Origin: an uncultured Acidobacteriota bacterium
GTDB lineage: Bacteria > Acidobacteriota > Thermoanaerobaculia > UBA5066 > Gp7-AA6
DNA length: 64,000 nucleotides
NCBI GenBank assembly: GCA_963776755.1
Contig: CAVZNW010000001.1
Span: 483,266-547,265 of the forward strand
Direction: 5' to 3'
Made by a program: the position numbers and the translations under genes
Notes under the pieces: model-generated
Database searches by the model: none
What the model saw: the letters and a program-made list of their open reading frames with translations, nothing else
Told to the model about the DNA's origin: nothing
In this document: positions 47,071-57,730 of the stretch, piece after piece
Layout: each line of letters begins with the position of its first letter
How positions within the stretch are numbered: the stretch's first letter is position 1

Positions 47071-48238
47071 GCCGGCTTCGACGGGTTAGGCGCCCGGTGG
47101 CCGCGGCCGCCGTCACGATCACGGTGCCCCGCATGACGTCGCTATGCGGGCCGCAGAAGTAGGGAAACGTCCCGACCTGCGAGAACGTGAACCGAAAGGT
47201 TCCGTCGGAGAGCTCCGGCGAGCCGAAGATCCCGTCCGGAGTGCACACCTGGTCGCAGGAGCCCGAGGTCACCGTGTGGCCGCCGCCGGCCCACACCCAT
47301 TCGATGGTCGTGCCCTGCTCGACGGTCGACACGTTGCCGGAGCTGATCTCGTCGGTAAAGTTCAGTCCGCGCTGGCCGACGAAGACGGTGCGCATCGGCC
47401 CGGGCGGCGTGGCGGTGCGGGTCGGCGTGGGAGCCTGTTGCGTCGGCGTCATGGTCGGACCGCTCGGCGTGATCGGCTGCTGCGGAAGGTCCTCCGCGCC
47501 CACGACGAAGATCGGATCCGTCGTGTTGTTGTCGATGACGGCGGCGTAGGAAAACACCTCGTGCGACGCCGAGACGACGACGAAAGCGTTCTCCGTGGCG
47601 TGGCCCGCCTGGCCCGCGGCGTTGAAGATCCCGGAGACCTGGGCCCCCGAGTGCGCGGCGATCGAGCGCGTGACGGGGTTGCCGACCTGGGCGCCGCCGT
47701 CGAAGATCGTGAAGGTCACGCTGACGGACGAATCCTCCCGGTTGAAGACGCCGACGTTGGTCCGAAAGCCCGCGTTCGGGCCGCCGTTGCGGATCGAGGT
47801 CAGCACCGTCGTCGGGTGGGCCTCGGAAGCTTTCAGGGCCGGGATGAACATCCCGACCGTCGGCTCGGGCTCGGTCGAATAGAGCCGGCTCCTCACGACG
47901 AGCTGGTCGCTGTCGCCCGTGAACTCGAACTCGATCCCGCCGGCGGTGTTCGGCGCGTTGAAGAGCGACACCACGATGTTGTTGAAGGCCCGCGACTCCC
48001 TCGGCGTCAGCGTGAACTGCACCGACTGCGTCGTGGGATTGCACGGGCTGGGGATGAAGCACCGGTAACGCGCCTGGACCGTCAGATCGTTCGTGTAGGA
48101 CGTGTTGAACGCCCGCACGTCCGAAAAGAACGGCGCGCCCCCGACGATCGACGCCGCCGCCGGCAGCGTCACGGTTTCGGCACGGAGGGGCGCCGCCCAG
48201 GCGAGCGCGGCGGACAGGCCGATGCATCTGCGGATCAC
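47042..48238 (-). CDS. Secreted protein with a Pro/Thr linker and a C-terminal cupredoxin domain
   Basis: Signal peptide; FRTNVGVFN; HTVT and YFCGPHSDVMRG type-1 copper ligands. Confidence 0.8.
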   Translation of the reverse strand: MIRRCIGLSAALAWAAPLRAETVTLPAAASIVGGAPFFSDVRAFNTSYTNDLTVQARYRCFIPSPCNPTTQSVQFTLTPRESRAFNNIVVSLFNAPNTAGGIEFEFTGDSDQLVVRSRLYSTEPEPTVGMFIPALKASEAHPTTVLTSIRNGGPNAGFRTNVGVFNREDSSVSVTFTIFDGGAQVGNPVTRSIAAHSGAQVSGIFNAAGQAGHATENAFVVVSASHEVFSYAAVIDNNTTDPIFVVGAEDLPQQPITPSGPTMTPTQQAPTPTRTATPPGPMRTVFVGQRGLNFTDEISSGNVSTVEQGTTIEWVWAGGGHTVTSGSCDQVCTPDGIFGSPELSDGTFRFTFSQVGTFPYFCGPHSDVMRGTVIVTAAAATGRLTRRSRPTGSRSVRP

Positions 48239-48329
48239 GATGCCGCGGATTCTCGAGGCCGGCGACCGAGCTGGAGTGAAGACGGCGAAAAAAAGGCGCC
48301 AACCCGCGGGATCGCCTCCGCCGGTAGGG

Positions 48330-48373
48330 CCTCGCCGCAACTTCACACCCTCTTCGCGCCCCGCGGAGAGCCT
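48330..48373 (+). promoter_or_regulatory. PHO-box-like repeats upstream of glgP
   Basis: CCTCGC/CTTCAC/CTTCGC at 48330/48341/48352 (11-bp period). Confidence 0.5.
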
Positions 48374-48395
48374 AGGACGATCTGAGGAGGGACCG

Positions 48396-50902
48396 ATGCC
48401 CACGATGCCTGAGGCCGGGACCGCGAATCCGGCTCGTCTCGAGCCGGCCCTGGAGAAACTGAGCCTCGAGGAGGCCGGAGGCGAGTGGTCGAACCGATAT
48501 CTCCTGGGCAATTTTCTCGTCGATCCGGCGCTGGCCTCGGACCGCAAACGGTTCGAAGGCCTGGCGCGGTACGTGCGTGACCTCCTCGCGGATCGCTGGG
48601 TCAAGACGCGGCAGGCTCGCGAACGGGCGAATCCGAAGCGCGTCTACTACCTGTCGATGGAGTTCCTGATCGGCCGCACGCTCCGCAACAACATCATGAA
48701 CCTCGCCGCCGAACCGATGGTCCGCAGGATCATGGCGCGCGAGGGCTGGTACCTGGACGAGCTGATCGAGGAGGAGCCGGACGCCGGGCTCGGCAACGGC
48801 GGGCTCGGACGGCTGGCGGCCTGCTTCATCGACTCGCTCGCGACGCTGCAGTACCCGGCGATCGGCTACGGCCTGCGCTACGAGTACGGGATCTTCCGCC
48901 AGTCGATCCGCGACGGCTATCAGGTGGAGCATCCGGACAACTGGCTGCGCCAGGCCGATCCCTGGGAGATCCTGCGCGCCGGGAAGCGTCTATGCGGTCC
49001 CGCTGAACGCCATCCGTCGAGCTGCGTGGGTTCAACGGTCCGCATCCTTCCCAACCGGCCGTCGACCCTGCTCGGCATCGCCTACGACCGGCCGGTGGTC
49101 GGCTACGGGGCCCGCTTCGTCAACACGCTGCGGCTCTGGGCGGCGGCGGCACCGGAGTCGTTCGACTTCGCCGAGTTCTCGCACGGCGACTTCGTCGGCG
49201 CGGTCATCCAGAACGTCGCGGCGGAGTCGCTGACCCGCGTGCTCTACCCGGACGACTCCACCGAGGCGGGCCGGACGCTGCGGTTCCTGCAGCAGTACTT
49301 CATGGTGAGCTGCTCGCTGCAGGACATCGTGATGCGCTTCCGGCAAGCCGGCGAGCCCGGCTGGTCGCGATCTGCCGGACCACGTCGCGATCCAGATGAA
49401 CGACACGCATCCGGCGCTCTCGGTGGCCGAGCTGATGCGGATCCTGCTCGACCAGGCGCACCTCGGCTGGGAAGAGGCCTGGGACCTGACGCGTGCGCAC
49501 GCTGGCCTACACCAATCACACGCTGCTGCCCGAGGCCCTGGAGAAGTGGCCGGTCGAGCTGTTCGAGGATCTCCTGCCCCGGCACCTGGAGATCGTCTAC
49601 GAGATCAATCGCCGCTTCCTCGACGACGTGCGGCGCCGCTACCCGGCGACCGAGCCGGATGCGCCGCATGAGCCTGATCGAGGAAGGAGCCGGACGCGAA
49701 GAGTGCGCATGGCTCATCTCGCGGTCGTCGGCACGCACAGCACCAACGGCGTGGCCGCAATCCATTCGGACCTGCTCCGCGACGCACGTGCTGCAGCGAC
49801 TTCGCCGAGATGTATCCCGGAGCGCTTCAACAACAAGACCAACGGCGTGACGCCCGCGCCGCTGGCTGCAGCAGGCCAATCCGGCCCTGTCGGCCCTGAT
49901 CACGGACAGCATCGGCGACGGCTGGGTCACCGACCTCGAGCAGGCTGCGCGAGCTGCTGCCGCTGGCGCGAGGACGCGAGCGTTCCGCGAGCAGTTCCGC
50001 GAGGCCAAGCGCGAGGCGAAGCTGCGCTTCGCCGACTGGCTCCAGTGCGAACATCGGGCCAGGTCGTCGATCCCGACTCGATCTTCGACAGCCAGGTCAA
50101 GCGCATCCACGAATACAAGCGCCAGCTGCTGAACGTCCTGCACGTCGTGATGCTGTACAACCGGCTCGCGGCGAAGACCCGGACGCTCGAGCTCGCGCCG
50201 CGCACCTTCTTCTTCGCCGGCAAGGCGGCGCCGGCCTACCGCCTGGCCAAGCTCATCATCAAGCTGATCAACAGCGTCGCGGCCGTGGTCGATGCGGACC
50301 CGGCGACCCGCGGGCGGCTGCAGGTGCTGTTCCTGCCCGAATACAACGTCAGCCTGGCCGAGCGGCTGATTCCGGCCAGCGACGTCTCGGAGCAGATCTC
50401 GACCGCCGGCTTCGAGGCCAGCGGCACCGGCAACATGAAGTTCATGATGAACGGCGCGCTGACCATCGGCACGCGCGACGGCGCGACCATCGAGATGGCC
50501 GAGGAGGCCGGCGAGGAGAACTTCTTCCTGTTCGGGCTGACTGCGGAGCAGGTGGCCGACAGCGGCGGCTGGTACGATCCGCGCTGGCACTACGAGAACG
50601 AGCCCGAGACGCGCGCGGCGCTCGACCTGATCTTCTCCGATCACTTCAGTCGCCGACGAACCGGGGGTGTTCGAGCCCATCCGCGAACACGCTGCTGGAC
50701 GAACGGCGACACCTACATGCACCTGGCCGATCTGACGGCGTACGCCCCCGCCCAGCGCGCGTCGGCCGGACGTTCCGACCCGGACGCCTGGACGCGAAAG
50801 GCGATCATCAACGTCGCTTGCTCGGGCCGTTTCTCCAGCGATCGGACCATCCGCAATACGCCGACCGAGATCTGGAACACGCGGCCATGTCCGGTGCCAT
50901 AG
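48396..50902 (+). CDS. glgP: Glycogen/starch phosphorylase (many indels)
   Basis: [33 protein letters not shown] and [10 protein letters not shown]. Confidence 0.95.
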
Positions 50903-52032
50903 CGCCGGGAGTGGCGCAGGGGCGGGCAGCCGGCCCCGACGGGCTGGAGCTGCCGACGCGGTTCGGCAAGCGGGAGCCCGGGGCCGCGCCGGGAGTCGGC
51001 CTGGACGAGCTCGCGCAGATGCACGGCGGGGCCGCCGTGCGGGTCACCTGCATCGACTACGGCCCCGGCGGGCACGAGCTGAGCTCGATCGACGACCTCG
51101 AGGACTTCCTGCGGCGGCACCGTCCGGGATGGGCGACCGTCCGCTGGATCAACGTCGACGGCCTCTCGGATCCGGCGGCCGTACGGGCTCTGGCCGCAAA
51201 GTACGAGCTCCATCCGCTGGCGGTCGAAGACCTTCTCGACACGAACCAGCGGCCCAAGATCGACGCGTTCGAGCAGGACGGCGACCGCCGCGCCCGCATC
51301 TTCGTGATCGTGCGGATGGTCCAGCGGATCCGGGGCGCCCTGTCGAGCGAGCAGATCTCCATCTTCGCCGGCCACAGCACGATCCTCACCTTTCAGCAGA
51401 CGCGGGGCGACGTCTGGGACCCGATCCGGCAGCGCATCGCCAAGCCCGGCTCGCGCATGCGGGAGCTCGACGCGAGCTATCTGCTCTACGCACTGCTCGA
51501 CGCCATCGTGGACCACTGCTTTCCCGTGCTCGAGTACTACGGCGACCGCCTCGAGGAGCTCGAGGACCTGGTGCTCGAACGTGCCGACCGCGAGACGATT
51601 CAACAGATCCACGCCCTGAAGCGCGAGCTGCTGCTCCTGCGCCGGGCCGTCTGGCCGATGCGCGAGGTGATCCATGGGTTGCTGCGCGAGCCCCACGAGT
51701 GTGTCAGCGAGGCGGCGCGTGTCTACCTGCGCGACGTCTACGACCACTCGATCCAGATCATGGACATCATCGAGACCTATCGCGAGGTGGCCTCGAGCCT
51801 GACCGAGACCTACATGACGTCGATGTCGAACCGGATGTCGGAAGTCATGAAGGTGCTGACGATCATCGGAACGATCTTCATCCCGCTGACGTTTCTCGCC
51901 GGAGTCTACGGAATGAACTTCGCGCAGTTTCCCGAGCTCAAGTGGCGCTACGGCTATCCGGCGTTCTGGGTGGTCTGCATCGTTCTCGGCGCCGCCATGC
52001 TCCGGGGGTTTCGCCGGCGCGGCTGGCTGTAG
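50887..52032 (+). CDS. corA: Magnesium/cobalt transporter CorA
   Basis: HPLAVED, QRPK and IPLTFLAGVYGMNF. Confidence 0.95.
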   Translation: MSGAIAPGVAQGRAAGPDGLELPTRFGKREPGAAPGVGLDELAQMHGGAAVRVTCIDYGPGGHELSSIDDLEDFLRRHRPGWATVRWINVDGLSDPAAVRALAAKYELHPLAVEDLLDTNQRPKIDAFEQDGDRRARIFVIVRMVQRIRGALSSEQISIFAGHSTILTFQQTRGDVWDPIRQRIAKPGSRMRELDASYLLYALLDAIVDHCFPVLEYYGDRLEELEDLVLERADRETIQQIHALKRELLLLRRAVWPMREVIHGLLREPHECVSEAARVYLRDVYDHSIQIMDIIETYREVASSLTETYMTSMSNRMSEVMKVLTIIGTIFIPLTFLAGVYGMNFAQFPELKWRYGYPAFWVVCIVLGAAMLRGFRRRGWL

Positions 52033-52042
52033 GGAAAGCCGA

Positions 52043-52071
52043 AGGGGGCATGCCGGCGCGGCATGCCCCCT
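52043..52071. terminator. Hairpin between convergent genes
   Basis: AGGGGGCATGCC/GGCATGCCCCCT stem. Confidence 0.5.
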
Positions 52072-52099
52072 CAATCCCCGATTCGCCGGGCAGGAAAAC

Positions 52100-53485
52100 C
52101 TAGAGCGGATGGTCCAGGCGAATCACGATGAGCTGGCTCTCGCGGCCGCTGTCCTCGAGGAGGCAGCTCCCGCCGTCGACCTGGAAGGCTCCGACGCCGA
52201 AGTCGTTGTCGTTGGCGATCGCGATCGTCTTGCGATCGAGAATCGCCAGACCTTCAATCTTCTGCGGGATCGCCAGGCCGTGCAGCGGAACGGTGGAATC
52301 GAGCGTCAGGATGAGCTCCTTGGGCAGGGGATGGATCCCGTTGGATTCGAGAGCGCCATCGGCATTGAGCGACTCGAGGCTGGGCGACGTGGCGACGTCG
52401 TCCCAGGCGCTTCCGTAGATGTTGGTCGCGTCCCGCAGGTCGACCTCGAAGACCTTGGCCTTGAGGTCGGTCCGCTCGAGGACCAGCATTCGGTGGGAAT
52501 CGACCATCGCCAGCGCGGAGACTTTCATGTCCTGGGGCCGCGCATTGTTGACTCCCGGGATGTCGAACTCGTCAGTGGCCGCGGCGTCGGCCGTGACGAA
52601 CTGGAAGCGGTAGACGTACTCTCCGACGACCTGCTCGGTGCGCGTGTCGAAAACCAGGATTCGCGTGTTCCGGGAGCTGTCGCCGGTGGAGTTGTTCGGG
52701 TTGCGAAGCGGGCTCTGGAGGGCGACGTAGAGCTTCCTTTCGTTGGGTGAGAGGGCGAGCCCCTCGAAGCCCCGGTTCAGCTTTCGCTTGGCGCCGAAAA
52801 CAGCCGGGATTCCAGCGGCGTCGGTCGCGTCGTAGCCCGTGATCGGGGCCAGATAGGGCAGCAGGTCCTGCGGCAGGAATCGCCGCTCGACCCGGCCGTG
52901 CCGATTGATCTTCAGAATCGAGGGGCTGTACTCCTCGACGACCCAGAAGTCCCCGTCGCGGGTGCGCACCAGGCCTTCGGTGTCGAGCCCGTTGCGGTTG
53001 GGGGAGAGCGGAGTCGTCCCGTCGCAAGCGAAGAAGGCCTCGTTCGGGGCCGGCGGCGCCGCGGTGTTGTCGAGGTTGGGCAGGCCGGTCACGCCGGTGA
53101 CCGCGTCGTTCACTCCCGTGATCGGGATCGCCTTCCGGATTTCGAGCTTCCCGTCTTTCGCCTTGACCTTCAGGATGAACGGTGTGAACTCCGGAACGGG
53201 AAAGGTCCGAGGATCCTCTCCGTTCGGGCCGCGATCCGTGATCATCCAGAACGCGCCGTCGTCCCCGTCGCCGGACCAGAGGTCGCTGCCGATGCCGCCC
53301 AGATTGATGCCGTGGTCGTCGACTCCCACCAGCCCCAGCTCGTCGGCCAGAAACTCGGAGAGGCCGATTTCGGGCAGAGTGTAGGTCGCTTCCTTGCGGG
53401 GCTTTTCCGCGAGGGCCGCCGTGGAGGTCAGAAGAGTCAGTGTGCCGCCGAGAACGAGACTCCCGATTCGACTCGCAAGATGCAT
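52100..53485 (-). CDS. Secreted esterase-like/phytase-like family protein
   Basis: Signal peptide; TDRGPN, DTEGL, EEYSP, NRGFEGL, LQSP and NDNDFG. Confidence 0.85.
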   Translation of the reverse strand: MHLASRIGSLVLGGTLTLLTSTAALAEKPRKEATYTLPEIGLSEFLADELGLVGVDDHGINLGGIGSDLWSGDGDDGAFWMITDRGPNGEDPRTFPVPEFTPFILKVKAKDGKLEIRKAIPITGVNDAVTGVTGLPNLDNTAAPPAPNEAFFACDGTTPLSPNRNGLDTEGLVRTRDGDFWVVEEYSPSILKINRHGRVERRFLPQDLLPYLAPITGYDATDAAGIPAVFGAKRKLNRGFEGLALSPNERKLYVALQSPLRNPNNSTGDSSRNTRILVFDTRTEQVVGEYVYRFQFVTADAAATDEFDIPGVNNARPQDMKVSALAMVDSHRMLVLERTDLKAKVFEVDLRDATNIYGSAWDDVATSPSLESLNADGALESNGIHPLPKELILTLDSTVPLHGLAIPQKIEGLAILDRKTIAIANDNDFGVGAFQVDGGSCLLEDSGRESQLIVIRLDHPL

Positions 53486-53620
53486 GGAACCTCCCTCATT
53501 CAGAGTTTGTGGTTTCGGACCGCGTGGAGGTTGACAGCGCGGCTGACCGGGCCGAATGAACGCGAGGTCAAATTTCGACGAAGGCCTCGGGACGGCGCCC
53601 TGCGCCGGGCTGTGACCCTC

Positions 53621-53830
53621 TCAGATCCAGACGACGCCGACCGTCATCGGCGCCCCGGCCTGCGTGAGGGCGAAAAAGATCGAGGCTTCATGTTGGGTCC
53701 CGCAGGACCGGCAGTGGACGTCGACGGTGGCTCCGGCCTCGGCTTCGGGGGCGACGAGCGACTCGTTTCGCGTCTGGCAATCGGGACAGGTCCAGCTCAT
53801 CTCCGGCCTCTGGTTCATTTCAGTCTCCAT
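53621..53830 (-). CDS. Small zinc-ribbon-like protein
   Basis: WTCPDC...HCRSCG; start uncertain. Confidence 0.55.
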   Translation of the reverse strand: METEMNQRPEMSWTCPDCQTRNESLVAPEAEAGATVDVHCRSCGTQHEASIFFALTQAGAPMTVGVVWI

Positions 53831-53986
53831 GGGCGGACGAGACCAGCCCGCGGCGAAGCCCCGGTGGGCTTCGCGTAAACTTCGAGCGATCCAGCGGGCA
53901 ACCCCATGGGTCCGCGCCGAGCGGTGTGGAGACGTGGTTGGAGCGGGAATCGGCGCCGCCGATGGCACCGAACCGGTCGGCCCGGT

Positions 53987-54019
53987 CTTCACGCCGGCTT
54001 CATGGTCCCTGAGGAGGAT
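53987..54019 (+). promoter_or_regulatory. PHO-box-like repeats upstream of the cNMP-binding protein gene
   Basis: CTTCAC (53987) and CTTCAT (53998), then GAGGAT 10 nt later. Confidence 0.55.
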
Positions 54020-54036
54020 CTCGCCCAGGAGGAGAC

Positions 54037-54411
54037 ATGCCCGTCACACGCCTTTTCGACCACGCGAGCGACGCGCGACCGATCGCCGCGGGGACAACGA
54101 TTTTCAGTGCCGGCGACCGCCGGGATCACATGTACGCCGTTCTCGACGGCCAGGTGGACATCTTCGTCGGCGGCCAGCTCCTGGAGACCGTCGAGAAGGG
54201 GGGCATTTTCGGCGAGATGGCGCTGATCGAGAAGGAAAACCGCGTGGCGACCGCCGTTGCCAGGACCGATGCGCAACTGGTCGCGGTCGATGAGGGCCGT
54301 TTCCTCTTCCTGATCCAGCAGACGCCGAACTTCGCCCTCCACGTCATGCGCGTACTCTCCGACCGGATTCGCCGGATGGATCAGCGACTCGCCCGGACGG
54401 AAAGGGTCTAG
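54037..54411 (+). CDS. Stand-alone cyclic nucleotide-binding domain protein
   Basis: IFSAGD, FGEMALI..RVATAVA; AGGAGG RBS; no HTH domain. Confidence 0.88.
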   Translation: MPVTRLFDHASDARPIAAGTTIFSAGDRRDHMYAVLDGQVDIFVGGQLLETVEKGGIFGEMALIEKENRVATAVARTDAQLVAVDEGRFLFLIQQTPNFALHVMRVLSDRIRRMDQRLARTERV

Positions 54412-54460
54412 CGCGATCTGACAGGGGCGACGCGACGGCGCTGGCGGACGGGACCGCGCC

Positions 54461-55276
54461 CTACCGCCGTGCCGCGGTTTTTCGAGAAATTGGCACGACG
54501 TCCGGCGCCCGGGACGCCTCCACCGCGGCCCGGCGGATCGAGGTGATCGTCGGTTCGAGTCCGGTGAGCAGGCGCTCGAGCTCGGCGGCGAGCATGATGG
54601 CGCCGCGCTCCTCGGCCTCGTTCCGGCTCTCGGACAGCCGGCGGCAGAACATCCGCAGGTCGTTCCAGCGGCCGAGCGCCTCCTGCAGCGCCTTCTCCCG
54701 TTCGATTTGAGTCGTGAACCGTCGCACTCCAAGGGCGGCGAGGTCTTCGGCGAGGTAGCGCGCCCGCTTCACGGCGACGCGGTAGCGGTGCAGCTCGGCA
54801 TCGTCCCGGCCCTCGAGGGACTGGGCCAGAGTCGCCTCCGCCTTGCCGCGCGCGCGTTCGAGACGCTCCACGAGGTCGTCCCTCTGCCGGCGTCCCAGGC
54901 GTTCGAGTTCCCGGAGCAGTGCCCGCACGGACTTCCCGCCAGCCGCGCGGGCGATCCGGCGGCTTCCGCGCTCGGCGATCTTCTCCCACCGGGCGGCCAG
55001 CGCGGTTGTCGCGTCGGGAGAGAGGTACCCGAGCTTCCCGATGCGCGCGAGCAGCTGCCGGTCCACCTGGATCTGCCGGTCGCCCGAGAGCGACTGCACG
55101 ATCGCGCGTGCCCCGCGCGAGACGCCTTTGGCACCGAGCGCGCTCGCCGTCGCGCTGACGCGGCGAAGGGCGACCCGCAGATCGTGCAGACCTTCGGGGT
55201 CGCCGCGGCGCGCCGCCTTGCGAGCGCGCTCCACCGAGCGCGCGCGGAGTTTCCAGAGCTCGCCAGGATTTCGCAT
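54461..55276 (-). CDS. CHAD-domain (polyphosphate-binding) protein
   Basis: LHDLRVALRR, LHRYRVAVKRARY and LQEALGRWND. Confidence 0.88.
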   Translation of the reverse strand: MRNPGELWKLRARSVERARKAARRGDPEGLHDLRVALRRVSATASALGAKGVSRGARAIVQSLSGDRQIQVDRQLLARIGKLGYLSPDATTALAARWEKIAERGSRRIARAAGGKSVRALLRELERLGRRQRDDLVERLERARGKAEATLAQSLEGRDDAELHRYRVAVKRARYLAEDLAALGVRRFTTQIEREKALQEALGRWNDLRMFCRRLSESRNEAEERGAIMLAAELERLLTGLEPTITSIRRAAVEASRAPDVVPISRKTAARR

Positions 55277-55312
55277 GGGGCGGTATTATAGGGACACGAG
55301 AAGGAGAATTGA

Positions 55313-55367
55313 CTTCACGCGTCCTTCACATGGTCTTCACCGTGTTCCTCCGGCGGGAGGCGACAAT
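55313..55367 (+). promoter_or_regulatory. PHO-box-like triple repeat upstream of ppx
   Basis: CTTCAC at 55313, 55324 and 55335 (exact 11-bp period); GACAAT at 55362. Confidence 0.7.
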
Positions 55368-55376
55368 GCGCCCGCC

Positions 55377-56973
55377 ATGCGTACGCTCGGTGCGATCGAC
55401 ATCGGGACCAACAGCATCAAGCTGCTGGTCGCCAACCTCGAGGACGACGGGACGCTGGAAGTCCTCCTCCGCGAGAAGGCCATGGTGCGCCTCGGGAGCG
55501 AGACCCTGCGAACCGGCAAGCTCTCGCCGGAGGCGATCGAGGCGGGCGCCTCGACGGTCGAGCACTTCGTCAAGCTGGCCGGGGGCTCCGGCGCCGAGAT
55601 CGTCCGCGCCGTCGCGACGTGCGCGGTGCGCGAGGCGACCAACTCCGACGAGTTCGTCGAGGCCGTGCGGAAGCGGACCGGCGTCAAGGTCGAGGTGATC
55701 TCGGGCGAGGAAGAGGCCCGGCTGATTAACCTCGCCCTCCGCAGCGAGTTCCCGGCGCGTCAGGACCCCCTGTTCCTGATCGACATCGGCGGGGGCTCGA
55801 CCGAGTTCGTCATCTCCGATGGGGCGCGCGTTCTTCTGACCGAGAGCCTGCCTCTCGGCGTCGTTCGCCTGGCCGATCGGCACGCCCGCAACGATCCGCC
55901 GTCGGACAAGGACCTGCGGGCCATGAAGAAGGACATCCGCGTCGCGGCCAAGCGCGCGGCCGAGGCCGTCCGCAAGAAGGGTTTCAAGACCTGCGTCGGG
56001 TCCTCGGGGACGATCCAGTCGCTGTCGCTCGTCCACGAGGCCGCGGTCCTGGGCCGCGAGCCGAGCCCGACCGGGCACCGGACGCTGACCCGGGAGGGCC
56101 TCAAGAAGGTCAACCGGCTGCCTGCGCCGCACGACGGAGAAGGAGAAGCTGCGGGTCCCGGGCCTCGACCCGCGCCGCCGCGACATCGCGGTGCCCGGCG
56201 GACTGATGCTGGCCTGGATCCTCAAGCGCACCGGGGCGGAGGCCATCGTCGTCGGCGAGCGGGGCCTGCGCGAGGGCCTGCTCCTCGACTACGTCGCCCG
56301 CCACGGGGAGACCCGCATCGCCACGAACCGCGACATGCGCGCGCGCAGCGTCGACCGCCTCCTCCGGCGCGGAAACGCCGAGGTCGTCCATGCGGCCCAC
56401 GTCGCCCGCCTGGCGCTCGAGCTCTTCGACCAGACCCATTCCATCCACCAGCTCACCGCGACCGAGCGGGAGTGGCTCCAGTACGGGGCCCTCCTCCACG
56501 ACATCGGGTGCTACATCGGGTACGCCAAGCACCAGCGCCACTCCTATTACCTGATCACCCACGGCGATCTGACGGGCTTTTCGGCCGACGAGATCGAAGT
56601 CCTGGCATGCCTGGCGCGCTACCACAAGGGGGGAGGTCCGAAGGCCTCGCACGAGAACTGGCGGCGGCTCAACCCCTACCTGCAGGCGGTGGTCGAGAAG
56701 CTCGCCGCGATTCTGCGCATCGCCGACGGCCTCGACCGGAGCCACCGGCAGATCGTTACGGGCATATCCTGCCGGGTGCGGGCCCGCAAGATCGAGATCG
56801 AAGCCGCCGCGCGGGCGGACTGCGAGCCCGAGATCGACGCCGCGCGAAAGAAAGCCGACCTGTTCGAGCGTGTCTACGACCGGGGCCTGGCGCTGCGCGC
56901 CGTTCCGGCCGGGCGCGACGAGGTCCTGCAGAAGGACCTGGAGATCCTGTCTGCCGAGGCGCTTTGGAACTGA
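55377..56973 (+). CDS. ppx: Exopolyphosphatase Ppx/GppA with HD domain (indel near 56120)
   Basis: AIDIGTNS, ISGEEEARL, DIGGGSTE, GLREGL and LLHDIG. Confidence 0.93.
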
Positions 56974-56995
56974 GACCGGAAACGGGGAGGAAAGC

Positions 56996-57661
56996 GTGAA
57001 GGAGCATTTTTCGGAGCAGCTTGAGAATCTTCGGCGCCAGCTCATTCTCATGGGCGGCGAAGTCGAGCGTCAGATCCACAATTCCATCGAGGCCCTGACC
57101 GAGATGGACGCCGAGAAGGCGCGAGCGGTGATCGCCGCCGACGAGGAGGTCGACCGCCTGGAGTTGCAGGCCGAGGACGCGGCGATCGCTCTTCTCGCGC
57201 TCCAGCAGCCGGTTGCGGTCGACCTGCGCTTCCTGGTGGCCGCGCTCAAGATCAACAACGACCTCGAGCGCATCGGCGACCACGCCGTCAACATCGCGGA
57301 GGGCGCCGAGCGGCTGGCCGGCCAGAAGCCGTTCAAGCCGTTCATCGACATACCGTACATGGCGGAAGTGGCCATCTCGATGCTGAAGCAGTCGCTGGAC
57401 GCGTTCGTCAACCGCGACGCCGACCTGGCGCGGCGCGTGATCAAGAAGGACGACATCCTCGACGAGAAGAACGTCTCGATCATCCGCGAGCTGCTGACCT
57501 ACATCGCCGAGTACCCCGCGCTGACGACGTACTGCATCGAGCTGATTTCGATCGCCAAGAACCTGGAGCGTGTCGGGGACCTCGCCACCAACATCTGCGA
57601 GGACACCATCTTCATCGCCGAGGCGAAGTGGGTGAAGCATCACGCGACGGAGCTGCCGTGA
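56996..57661 (+). CDS. phoU: Phosphate signalling protein PhoU
   Basis: QQPVAVDLR, DLERIGDHAVNIA and LERVGDLATNICE. Confidence 0.96.
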   Translation: MKEHFSEQLENLRRQLILMGGEVERQIHNSIEALTEMDAEKARAVIAADEEVDRLELQAEDAAIALLALQQPVAVDLRFLVAALKINNDLERIGDHAVNIAEGAERLAGQKPFKPFIDIPYMAEVAISMLKQSLDAFVNRDADLARRVIKKDDILDEKNVSIIRELLTYIAEYPALTTYCIELISIAKNLERVGDLATNICEDTIFIAEAKWVKHHATELP

Positions 57662-57730
57662 AGCCGGGGCCCGAACGGCTCCAGCCGGGGGCGCGGCCCG
57701 CCGCCTGACGTCGGCTGCCTTCCTCGGACC

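Noticed and set aside
54421-54464. Possible fourth GTAG-REP after the CHAD gene
   Set aside because: GTAGGGCGCG is present on the minus strand but lacks the 8-bp stem and 5-nt loop of the other copies.
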